From a virus (Duplodnaviria > Caudoviricetes): a DNA stretch of 50,382 bases. This document shows, one piece after another, positions 1 to 8,820 of the stretch; position 1 is the stretch's first letter; each line of letters opens with the position of its first letter. Under the pieces are notes generated by a model that saw only the letters and a program-made list of their open reading frames with translations, had not been told where the DNA came from and searched no databases. The translations under genes and the position numbers were made by a program. The stretch is taken from the IMG/VR virus record IMGVR_UViG_3300037634_004340, positions 1 to 50,382 of that record; one strand, written 5' to 3'.

Positions 1-1180
1 TCTCAGGGTCTAAAACAGCCCAGTTACCATTATCAGTAGTAAATGTTCCATTATCAGCATAATCAGATGTTATCATCTCATCTCCATAAAAGACAGATGT
101 AGCATGATTGCCTCTTTGGACTTCTTTCATTATAACATTATCTAAAGTACCTACAAAATTAGCATCAGCAACAAATCTTAAATGTGCTGTTCCAGTTTGT
201 GGTGCATAATATGTAATTGCTCCATCATCAGAAGAACTTAAAGCTGATTGTGCATTATTACCAAAATAAACATTAATATTTCCTGCTGAACAAGTAAAGT
301 CAAATGTTATTTTATATATTTTACCTATTACAAGTATACTATCTTGTCTAAATGTTGTTGCACCAGTTTGTGAACCATCACAATTAGCAACTCCAGATGC
401 AATAGTCCACCCAGTACCTTTTGTCCAATCTGAATCTGTAGAAAATGTACCATTAGTAACTTCTTCACTTCCTAATACTTTAGGACTACCATCAAATATA
501 GTTGTCTGAGGACTTTCAGGATTACCTTCAGTCATTGGATACCAAGCTTTTAGATTAGTAGAAGCTAAAGAAGTACCACTAAAAGTATGTGCTAACATCT
601 CTGGATGAGTATAGTCATTTGTTACATCTGTAGCAGTCCAAGCTGCATCCCATATTTGAACATCAGACATATATCCATTAAAATATCTTCCACCACTTGA
701 TAAACTACCGATACTTTGAAATATTAAATTATCAGCAGACCCAGTAACTACTCCTGTTCCATCTGCTGAACCATTAATATAAAATGTTATTGTATCACTT
801 CCATTATAAGAATAAACTGCTCTATACCAAGTATCTGTACTAAGAGAAGTAGTAGAGGGTCTATATGCTCCAGCATCAGTATCATATACAGTTAATTTAT
901 TTGCTGTACTTAATCCTAAATATTTAGATAAATTGGTTGCAGAATTACTTATAAATATCATATTATCTGATGAAGGAAAAGCTGAACAATTAAACCAAAG
1001 ACTAACTGTCCAAGCACCTGAAGAAAGAGTTGTATCGCTACCTGTACTTAAATAATCCACAACTCCATCAAAGGCTAATGCTCTACCTGACTTAACTGTA
1101 CCTAAGTTTGGTGGATCACCTTTCTTTTGAGGTAGAGAAGCAGCAAAATTTTCTGTTAATGTTATTATTGTACCAGCCAT
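1..1180 (-). CDS. LamG/concanavalin A-like domain tail fibre or virion protein (runs off the window edge)
   Basis: Not in the ORF track. ATG at 1180 overlaps the stop of the upstream gene (TAATG). Manual translation MAGTIITLTENFAAS...ALAFDGVVDY...WTVSLWF...FYING...YFNGYMSDVQIWD is a LamG pattern, followed by a CBM-like 'VTNGTFSTDSDW' repeat. Confidence 0.8.
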   Translation of the reverse strand, partial: MAGTIITLTENFAASLPQKKGDPPNLGTVKSGRALAFDGVVDYLSTGSDTTLSSGAWTVSLWFNCSAFPSSDNMIFISNSATNLSKYLGLSTANKLTVYDTDAGAYRPSTTSLSTDTWYRAVYSYNGSDTITFYINGSADGTGVVTGSADNLIFQSIGSLSSGGRYFNGYMSDVQIWDAAWTATDVTNDYTHPEMLAHTFSGTSLASTNLKAWYPMTEGNPESPQTTIFDGSPKVLGSEEVTNGTFSTDSDWTKGTGWTIASGVANCDGSQTGATTFRQDSILVIGKIYKITFDFTCSAGNINVYFGNNAQSALSSSDDGAITYYAPQTGTAHLRFVADANFVGTLDNVIMKEVQRGNHATSVFYGDEMITSDYADNGTFTTDNGNWAVLDPE

Positions 1181-2649
1181 TATGCTAAAGTCCCATCATT
1201 ATCACCATGTTCATCATCAGCACTTGTATCCAATCCCCACCAGCTTACAAGATTAGTCTTTTCACTTGATGTAAGTTCTGAATAAGTCTTTTCCATTATA
1301 GACTGTATCTGTGCTTGTGTTAAAGTAGCACCCCATAGTGCTATATTTTTAAGTTTACCACCACCTGTATCACCAAGCCAATTATTTGCACCGCCTACAC
1401 ATCCTAATGACAACACTTCAGTATTAGTTGATATAGAAGATGAATAACTTGCTGTATCTACAAGAACACCATCTATATATAATTTATGAGTAGTCTTATC
1501 ATAAGTAGAACAAACATGATACCATGTATTGCTCAAAAGAGTGCCACTCAATACTTCAGCTGTATTATTTAATCTTGCTCGAACTTTTTCAGCATTATTA
1601 ATCATTAATTCATATTTATTGCCTCCTGTAGTATAAGCACCTTTATCTAATATACCTTGCCAAGAATGAGATATATCGCTTGTGTAAAACCATGCACTCA
1701 TTGTTAAAGCATCTGTAAAATTTAAAGAGCTATCGTGAGCAATTTCCACTCTTTCAGCTGAACCATCAAAACTTGCATACCCTGTACCTATAGCATCTGC
1801 CTGTACTGTTAGAGCATTATCAAATCCTCTTGGGATAAGTGGAGTATGTCCACCGTAGAGGGATACAGTCATATTAGAAGTAGTCATATTAACACCAGTA
1901 CCATGATTGCTTCCATGATTATCTAAAGCAGTAGAACCAAGCCATCCAGCTACTCCATCTGATAGAGGCCACCAAGAAACTAATCCTTGAATAAGAGTTC
2001 CTGAGTAGCTATTTAATTCAACATAAGTCTTATACATTACATTCTGTACTTCTGTAGCAGATAAGGTTCTATTCCATATTGCTACATTTTTAATACTTCC
2101 TGTAAAGTCAGCTGCATCATTTGATGCACAACCTATTGTAAATTCTACATCATCATTATCTATAGCTCCAGTTGAATCTGTATCTGTATCTTCAGCTACT
2201 CCATTAATATATAAAATATTAGAGTTTCCTGTTCTATTTCTTGTTAATGCTATATGAACCCAAACTCCTGCTGTATCAGCAGTAGAACTTGTTACAGCAT
2301 GTTCTGTGCCACCAACATAATAACTTGCTGTATATGTATTAGAATCTACAATTATCTTGTAATTTCTTACAGCAGATTCAGCATTTCTACCAAAAAGATG
2401 TGCAGTCTGCCCTGCTGAAGCAGGCTTCACCCAACCCATTAAAGTTATATCATCTGTAATATCTAAAGATGTATCATCACCACAATCTACTTTATCATTT
2501 ATACCATCAAAATATGTACTACCTTCTCCTACAAACTTTACTTCTTTAGGAGAAGTGTAAGGCATATAGAGTTTAAGTCCATTTTTAACATAAGATGAAA
2601 TTGCACCCCCAGCTTTAGATAATGCTGATCCTAAGGATAAACTAGGCAT
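1180..2649 (-). CDS. Virion protein with two tandem LamG-like domains (fibre/receptor binding)
   Basis: Two copies of FDG...T(L)xxW...WxH...LYI(N/D)G...KN(V/I)A(I/L)W...LVSWW. Confidence 0.85.
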   Translation of the reverse strand: MPSLSLGSALSKAGGAISSYVKNGLKLYMPYTSPKEVKFVGEGSTYFDGINDKVDCGDDTSLDITDDITLMGWVKPASAGQTAHLFGRNAESAVRNYKIIVDSNTYTASYYVGGTEHAVTSSTADTAGVWVHIALTRNRTGNSNILYINGVAEDTDTDSTGAIDNDDVEFTIGCASNDAADFTGSIKNVAIWNRTLSATEVQNVMYKTYVELNSYSGTLIQGLVSWWPLSDGVAGWLGSTALDNHGSNHGTGVNMTTSNMTVSLYGGHTPLIPRGFDNALTVQADAIGTGYASFDGSAERVEIAHDSSLNFTDALTMSAWFYTSDISHSWQGILDKGAYTTGGNKYELMINNAEKVRARLNNTAEVLSGTLLSNTWYHVCSTYDKTTHKLYIDGVLVDTASYSSSISTNTEVLSLGCVGGANNWLGDTGGGKLKNIALWGATLTQAQIQSIMEKTYSELTSSEKTNLVSWWGLDTSADDEHGDNDGTLA

Positions 2650-2652
2650 GAC

Positions 2653-2967
2653 TTATCCTAAATATGCTAAAACAGAAGCAGATCCGCTAATACTAAAAGC
2701 AGACCATCTACCAAATATAGTTAAACCTGCTGGAAAAGTTAAAGATGCTGGAATATCATCTCCTGCACCTGATGAATCTCCTGCATATATTGCCCCATTT
2801 ACTGGAGTTAATAAATCTAAAAGAGTATCTTCTATAAAGGTAATTGCTATAAAATCTCCTGATACCGGAGTAATTGTACCTGCTGTGTTTACGAATTGAC
2901 AACCTCCTTGTCCTAAAGAGGCGTTTACAGATTCCTGTACTGTGTGTTTGTGTAGTCCTACCGCCAT
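2653..2967 (-). CDS. Small virion structural protein (hypothetical)
   Basis: 104 aa, beta-rich, AAGGAG RBS, lies in the structural operon. Confidence 0.6.
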   Translation of the reverse strand: MAVGLHKHTVQESVNASLGQGGCQFVNTAGTITPVSGDFIAITFIEDTLLDLLTPVNGAIYAGDSSGAGDDIPASLTFPAGLTIFGRWSAFSISGSASVLAYLG

Positions 2968-3021
2968 AGTTTATCTCCTTTCCGGATGTTCTTTAAGCTC
3001 TTTGGCAAGAGCATGAATGAA

Positions 3022-3423
3022 CTATATAATTGCAGCTATACCTGGAGGTACAACTCTTCTTATTGTTCCTATTTTCCCACTTTCTCGTCTATCTAATAAA
3101 GCAAAAAAGTTCTTCATAAAATATTCTTTTTGGTCTAATTGCATTTGGTCTTCAGCTATTCTAGCCTTTATATAATAAATTAAAGCTTTTGCATATAAGT
3201 CTCCAATATCTATCTCGTCTGTCTCATCTACTATATCTCCACCGTCTTTAGCTTTAGGTCTAGCAACATATTCCAATATAAGGCCGTTATCTACTGTTGT
3301 AACAGGACTTTTCCATAAAGTGTCACCATAGGTGTCTCCATCAGGTAAAGTCTCTGAGTCGATCTCTGAGATAGCTAAATCTCTTCCTCTTAAATAATAA
3401 GCGTATTGTTTAATATCAGCCAT
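3022..3423 (-). CDS. Head-tail adaptor/ring protein, C-terminal-half-like
   Basis: LILEYVARP...ALIYYIKARIAE resembles the C-terminal part of podovirus adaptor/ring proteins; position downstream of the capsid gene. Confidence 0.5.
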   Translation of the reverse strand: MADIKQYAYYLRGRDLAISEIDSETLPDGDTYGDTLWKSPVTTVDNGLILEYVARPKAKDGGDIVDETDEIDIGDLYAKALIYYIKARIAEDQMQLDQKEYFMKNFFALLDRRESGKIGTIRRVVPPGIAAII

Positions 3424-4427
3424 TAAATATCATCCGCATCCTGTTCTAAAGGTTTGTAAATCATTCTAGGGATTTCTCTATACTTATTTTCATTATTTTG
3501 ATGATTTTTAGCTTTTATGCCTATTAAGCTTAACATATCGCTAGGTAAGGGATAATATCTTTTATTCGCAATTATATCCATATAGTTTTGATTAGTACCA
3601 ATTAAAGATATAGTATTTCCTGCAGATTCAGTAGTTAATACATTATCTATTACAATAGCTCCTACAGCAACTGACTTTGCAGTATAATATCCTGTTAAAG
3701 TATTTGTAGATTCATCTGTATCATTAGAAGAAGAACCATCAACTCTTAATTTCATATCTGTAGTAAAATTACCTAATCCGTTAGCAGAATCAGCTATTTG
3801 ATAAGGAGTTATTGAAACATTATCAATAAAAGAATAAGAACCACTTACAGTAGATGTAGTATATATTGTAAGGTATCCTGTTGTAGAGGTTGCTGTAAAA
3901 TCTGATGTATAAGTACCTGTAGTATTTAAATTATTATCAGTATTATCTGAATCATCATACATTTCTGAAGATATTGTAGTTCCTGAAGGTGCTGATTCAC
4001 CTAAATCAATAAATAAACCCATATCATTAAATGTAAAATCAATAGAAAGTTTATATTTAGCACCTTCTATAAGGGATATTGATTGATATATTCCTTGATA
4101 TTCACCATTACCAATTGTTCCAGTAGTTAATATTTTTAATCTATCTGAATCTATATAATAATTCATATCAGAAAGTGCTTCAGATTCGTATTGAGTCCAT
4201 CCTGTAGGTTCAGTAGTACCTGATGCATCTGTCCAATCTGTACCGTTAGTAATAAGAGTTGTGCCTAAACCAAGACTAATTGTATCTGCAGTTGTAGAAG
4301 TTTTTTTACCTGAAAGTACATTTTCTTTAGTGTACATTTCTATTTCTTCTAAGCCATCTTTAATATAAGCTACAGCTCTACCTGTTTCAGTTATACTTAA
4401 TCGTTCCATTACTTCTTTAACTGTCAT
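3423..4427 (-). CDS. Ring/adaptor-like protein with an inserted carbohydrate-binding-like domain
   Basis: N-terminal MTVKEVMERL...AYIKDGLEEI and C-terminal RYYPLPSDML flank a jelly-roll-like insert (LITNG...GIYQSI...YKLSID...IDNVSI). Confidence 0.5.
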   Translation of the reverse strand: MTVKEVMERLSITETGRAVAYIKDGLEEIEMYTKENVLSGKKTSTTADTISLGLGTTLITNGTDWTDASGTTEPTGWTQYESEALSDMNYYIDSDRLKILTTGTIGNGEYQGIYQSISLIEGAKYKLSIDFTFNDMGLFIDLGESAPSGTTISSEMYDDSDNTDNNLNTTGTYTSDFTATSTTGYLTIYTTSTVSGSYSFIDNVSITPYQIADSANGLGNFTTDMKLRVDGSSSNDTDESTNTLTGYYTAKSVAVGAIVIDNVLTTESAGNTISLIGTNQNYMDIIANKRYYPLPSDMLSLIGIKAKNHQNNENKYREIPRMIYKPLEQDADDI

Positions 4428-4933
4428 TAATCTACTACCAAATATTCTACTGCTAAATGTCCTGCATCTGTATTATTAGATCCGTCAAGATCTACAGTTC
4501 TAACATGAAATTTTCCATCTAAACCAGCATTATCATCCTTTAAAACTATAGCTTCTCCAGGGTCTAATATTGAAATAAGAGTTGTTCCTCCAGGAGCCAT
4601 TATCTTTAAAGATTTATTAAGAGCAGCACCCAAAACCGTTGCCGAGTTAAAGGCGTATCCAGTATTTTTTATATATATAAAAGTAGCCGTAGACTCACCG
4701 TCTACTAAGTCTATAGCGTCTGAATCATCTTCTGCTTCTTTGTAATTTACAGTTCTGTCTTTATAACCCTGATTTGCAGCTGTACCCGAATAATTAGTAA
4801 CTGCAGCTGTACCGTTACCACTAAAAGACTTGCCTATTTCACTAGCTATTATATCGTTAGTAATAGAGGTTTCTTCTCCAGCTATTGTTTCAATAGGAGT
4901 AACGCTTACTGAGTATGATATTCTATCAGCCAT
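4427..4933 (-). CDS. Virion structural protein (hypothetical)
   Basis: 168 aa, beta-rich (FIYIKNTG, LDPGEAIVL), translationally coupled within the structural operon. Confidence 0.55.
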   Translation of the reverse strand: MADRISYSVSVTPIETIAGEETSITNDIIASEIGKSFSGNGTAAVTNYSGTAANQGYKDRTVNYKEAEDDSDAIDLVDGESTATFIYIKNTGYAFNSATVLGAALNKSLKIMAPGGTTLISILDPGEAIVLKDDNAGLDGKFHVRTVDLDGSNNTDAGHLAVEYLVVD

Positions 4934-5760
4934 TATGCTTTTCCTTGTTGTGGTGCTTTAGGAGCCATCATACTTGCAAATGAAGCTTGATATTGTCCTG
5001 CTAGCATTTTTAATCTTTCATGAACTCTAGTATAATCAGATGTAATTTTTTGCACTTCTAAAGTTCCTTCTGCTTGTAAATCTTGTACTCTAGCTGTAAA
5101 TTCAGCTACTTTAGCTTGAATTTCTTGAACTCTAGAAGTTAGCATTTCACTATCTTCTTCTGTACTTATCCATGTATTTGTATCAGCCCAATCAGGGGCA
5201 TTCATCAATGGTGAGGCTGGGAGAGTTAACGCTATGCTAGATAAGTTATTTTCTAATGATTTTATACCTGCGTACATAACAACTAAATAATGATATTCTT
5301 CTGGCATATACTGAATAGTTAAGTTATTTTCAGTGATATTATTATCATAACCTATATATTCAACAGAAGCTGTATTACTAACTGTTGCTACAGGTACGAC
5401 TTTAACAACATTTTCTTTTATGTACCATGCTGGATTATGAGCACTTTTATAATGCATACTTGTTGAGTCAGAAATTAAACCAACTAAACTACTTGATATT
5501 CTAGCGCAAGGTAAATCACTCGTACCATTATTTCTAGTAACAGATAATACATCTCCAGTAATAATAACTCCTCCTCCTGTATCAGTACCTACTTTAGAGA
5601 AGAATATTTTCTTATTAGGCATTAAGCCTATTACTTTATTAGTAACATCTTTAACACCATCTTTAAGAAATTGGGCTATCTCGCTCCAATTAGGAGCCGA
5701 TGAACCATCAATGGAAAGACCTGTTAATCCTTCAACTTGTTCTTCAAAAGTTCTTGCCAT
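4933..5760 (-). CDS. Head-tail adaptor/ring (tail tubular A-like) protein
   Basis: QFLKDGVKDV...PAWYI...VEYI...MPEEYHYLVVMYA pattern with a coiled-coil C-terminus; first gene after the capsid cluster. Confidence 0.55.
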   Translation of the reverse strand: MARTFEEQVEGLTGLSIDGSSAPNWSEIAQFLKDGVKDVTNKVIGLMPNKKIFFSKVGTDTGGGVIITGDVLSVTRNNGTSDLPCARISSSLVGLISDSTSMHYKSAHNPAWYIKENVVKVVPVATVSNTASVEYIGYDNNITENNLTIQYMPEEYHYLVVMYAGIKSLENNLSSIALTLPASPLMNAPDWADTNTWISTEEDSEMLTSRVQEIQAKVAEFTARVQDLQAEGTLEVQKITSDYTRVHERLKMLAGQYQASFASMMAPKAPQQGKA

Positions 5761-5770
5761 ATTATCCTAT

Positions 5771-5828
5771 AATAGCGCCTACCCTCTTAGACGAGGAAGT
5801 TTTCCAACTAAGAGGGCAGACTATTATT
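5771..5828 (-). terminator. Long hairpin after the capsid/decoration genes (attenuator or terminator)
   Basis: Minus-strand TCTGCCCTCTTAG pairs with CTAAGAGGGTAGG, with an outer AATAG/CTATT stem. Confidence 0.6.
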
Positions 5829-5845
5829 ATTTAACTGTTAACTAC

Positions 5846-6235
5846 TTAAACTGTTGCTAATGCAACTGAGCCATAATTTACAAGAACTTCACCTGACCCA
5901 ACGCTATCAAAATAAACAGCTATCATTTCATCAGGGGCATTTAATGTAACCTTATTGTTATTGGCTGCATTAAAAGTTCCAGAAGCTAATGTTACTGTAT
6001 GAGCAGCAGTACCAGAAGCACTTGTATTTTTAATTACGACAATTTGTCCAGCGTAATCTTTACCATGCAATCCAGTAATCGCAATTACAACAGATGCATG
6101 ATTTAATTCAATACATCGAACAACAGTACTATCAACTACTGCTGATGCAGTATATGATTGCAGATATGAACTAACATCAGTAATCTTCGCTATTTCACCA
6201 TCAGCTTTGATTTGTCCGTATAATGGATTAGCCAT
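5846..6235 (-). CDS. Putative capsid decoration/auxiliary protein
   Basis: 129 aa, Ala/Val/Thr-rich, directly after the major capsid gene, strong AAGGAG RBS. Confidence 0.5.
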   Translation of the reverse strand: MANPLYGQIKADGEIAKITDVSSYLQSYTASAVVDSTVVRCIELNHASVVIAITGLHGKDYAGQIVVIKNTSASGTAAHTVTLASGTFNAANNNKVTLNAPDEMIAVYFDSVGSGEVLVNYGSVALATV

Positions 6236-6250
6236 AATATACTCCTTTTC

Positions 6251-7792
6251 TTAAGTCCACAGAGCATGAGTTTCTGGACAACAGAACTCCATACCTGCTT
6301 CGGTTAATATTTGATCCACTCTACGATCTACACCACTGTTTTCTAGTGTTTGCACACCAACATAAACTGAAGTGTCTCTATTTAAGCCGTTACCAACTAA
6401 TGGTCTGTAAGCAACATACTTCATGTTAATACCAATCATTTGAACATTAGTGCCATCTAAGTGCACATTACGTGCAACATTCATGTCACCATATATTGTT
6501 GAAATTGTTGTTATATCAACACCAAATACTTTCTTTTTGCCAGTCATAGCAAAATGAGCTTGAGCGTTACCATCATCATGACCTGCTACTGGACTGCCTG
6601 TTGTGGCGCCCCTTCCAGGAACTACCATACCAATATTATTAGCAAAGTATCCAGATAGTTTATGCAACCAATTATAAACTGATGTATTACAAAAGAATAC
6701 AGTTGAAGAAGCATTATTATATCTAGGATCTAACATAGCTGATAAATCATCTAAGAAAGAGTCCTGGCTTTTAGTTGTAGGATCTAAGCTAAAGGTATTA
6801 CCATAAGTAGAGATAAAATCAACTGCGCCTTGAGTTGTATTTATTCCACCAGTTGTAGCTTGAGTTGAAAACAGTAAAGATTGCTCAATATCCCATTTAT
6901 GTTCAATGAGTTTTTCTTTCCATATTCTAGCCCATTCATTAGCTTGATACTTTAGTACTGTAGCACGATCTGTGTTATTCATAACTGCAGATGTTTTAAA
7001 GATCTGAGTTTGACCGTATGAAGTACTGTATGGCTGATCGGCCCATGTTTCAGGATAACCAGTACCTGTACCAAAAGCAGTACCAACAACATAGCATTTG
7101 AAAGGTTCTAAGTCTTCCTGAGCACCTGTTGTTACAGCTACACCAGTTACATCTGCTCCATCAGGAAATCTTAACGCTGCAGAACCTTTTACACAAGTAG
7201 CATTAACTATTGCATAATTAGCAGTATTTAAATCAACCGTGTTTATTTTCCATAACGTATAACCATCCATCAAAGCAGCTGTAAAAGCTCCTCCACCTGG
7301 GGCTTTATTAATTTTAATAATTTGACCAGGAATGAAGAATAAAGGTTGTGTACCAGTTACTCCAGCATAGTATTTGTTAGTTTGACCAACTATATTCTGC
7401 AAGTTACCTTGAGAATTATAATCAGTGTGGAATTTAAATGAATATATACTTGAACCAGCTGTAGCAGCTTCAGCTGAAGTTGCTGCATCGGGATTTGTAG
7501 CCGGTGCTGCTGCTGCAACTTTACTATAAGCTGCCATATAAGCATATCTTTTTGTATATGACGATCTTTTTTCAGTAAATTTGAAAGAAGGGTCATCTGT
7601 TGGTTTTTTAGCTGACATGCTTAAGAACCTAAAGAAAGGATCTTGAGCTAGAGCTAATTCAGACACTTGAGTACCAAAGTTATACTTTCGTCTCAAAGCG
7701 CCTGTATTTAGACCGGTAGTTGTCCCAGTGTGTACGCCAACATCTTGGCCACTATATAGGGAATTACCACCTATTGTATTCATATCAGACAT
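6251..7792 (-). CDS. Major capsid protein (HK97 fold)
   Basis: Portal-scaffold-capsid gene order; motifs PFFRFLS, QTQIFKT, EHKWDIEQSLLF, TQGAVDFI, DQILTEAGME..PETHA. Confidence 0.85.
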   Translation of the reverse strand: MSDMNTIGGNSLYSGQDVGVHTGTTTGLNTGALRRKYNFGTQVSELALAQDPFFRFLSMSAKKPTDDPSFKFTEKRSSYTKRYAYMAAYSKVAAAAPATNPDAATSAEAATAGSSIYSFKFHTDYNSQGNLQNIVGQTNKYYAGVTGTQPLFFIPGQIIKINKAPGGGAFTAALMDGYTLWKINTVDLNTANYAIVNATCVKGSAALRFPDGADVTGVAVTTGAQEDLEPFKCYVVGTAFGTGTGYPETWADQPYSTSYGQTQIFKTSAVMNNTDRATVLKYQANEWARIWKEKLIEHKWDIEQSLLFSTQATTGGINTTQGAVDFISTYGNTFSLDPTTKSQDSFLDDLSAMLDPRYNNASSTVFFCNTSVYNWLHKLSGYFANNIGMVVPGRGATTGSPVAGHDDGNAQAHFAMTGKKKVFGVDITTISTIYGDMNVARNVHLDGTNVQMIGINMKYVAYRPLVGNGLNRDTSVYVGVQTLENSGVDRRVDQILTEAGMEFCCPETHALWT

Positions 7793-7838
7793 AGTCTATC
7801 TCCATATGTTTAGTTCAGGATAGACTTAGAAATTTTAT

Positions 7839-8753
7839 CTACCCGAACAAGTTATCTACACCATCGTCAAGTCCTTTTATCGCATTAAACACCATGTCAT
7901 CTTGCGATAAACTCTGTCCTTGACTGTTTGCTCCGCTAGCAGATGTAGGGATAGCTCGTACATTTTTCATCTGGCTTATCATTTCATTCTTTGTATTTTT
8001 AGCAACATTTTTAGCAACTTCACCACGATTCAAAAGATAATTTATATCATCTAATGACATAACATGTTCTTGTGCTTTCGTTTTAAAGTTTGTAAAATCA
8101 TCATCAGACATATTGTTGCGTTCTTTAAAAGCTTGTTCTTCTTGTGATCTTTTTTGAACTGCAACCATTTGTTTTGCTCGCTCTTTTTCTGCTCCCAACA
8201 TCTGTCCTACTCTACCTTGGACAAGTTTGTCTACATGAGCATTCATGACCTTTGCGCTGTCTGATTCTGGATCTGTTACTGCTTCTTGTTGATCGTAAAT
8301 AAAATCGTCACCTAACTTCAATTCTTCTTGAATTGACTGTGCAGGTGCTCCGCCATTTTCCAAATAACCACGAACATGATCTACTAATCCACTATCGTTT
8401 TTCATAGCGTCTAATACAGGAACAAATTGTTCGACTTCCTGATACTTATCACGCCACTTTACAGCTTGTCTGCTACTATCTTTGTAGCGTTTTTCCCAAT
8501 CTGTGCTGTTATTAGATTGAGATTCCACTGTTCCGGAGCCATTGTCTTGTGTATTGTGGGTTACCTGTTCGGTGCCACTGTTAGGACTTTGGGTTGCCTC
8601 AGTGCTGTCAATTACACTTGAATTGACTTCTTTTTCTATCTCATTAAAAAACTCTAAAGAGCCTGAATCAGCAGTTGCTTCAACGGCTTCAAATGAATCG
8701 CCTTGCATACCTATTTCAGGGTTACTTTGAGTCCCTTCACTCGATTGAACCAT
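7839..8753 (-). CDS. Capsid scaffolding protein
   Basis: Acidic disordered N-terminus, WEKRYKDSSR coiled coil, located between portal and capsid genes. Confidence 0.75.
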   Translation of the reverse strand: MVQSSEGTQSNPEIGMQGDSFEAVEATADSGSLEFFNEIEKEVNSSVIDSTEATQSPNSGTEQVTHNTQDNGSGTVESQSNNSTDWEKRYKDSSRQAVKWRDKYQEVEQFVPVLDAMKNDSGLVDHVRGYLENGGAPAQSIQEELKLGDDFIYDQQEAVTDPESDSAKVMNAHVDKLVQGRVGQMLGAEKERAKQMVAVQKRSQEEQAFKERNNMSDDDFTNFKTKAQEHVMSLDDINYLLNRGEVAKNVAKNTKNEMISQMKNVRAIPTSASGANSQGQSLSQDDMVFNAIKGLDDGVDNLFG

Positions 8754-8790
8754 ATTATATCTCTCCTATTTATAATTTACCAATTTCATT

Positions 8791-8820
8791 AAGTTAAGAA
8801 TCATTTTTATTTGATTCCAA
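8791..8820 (-). promoter_or_regulatory. Putative promoter upstream of scaffold/capsid genes
   Basis: TTGGAA-N18-TAACTT on the minus strand; same layout as three other sites in the window. Confidence 0.4.
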
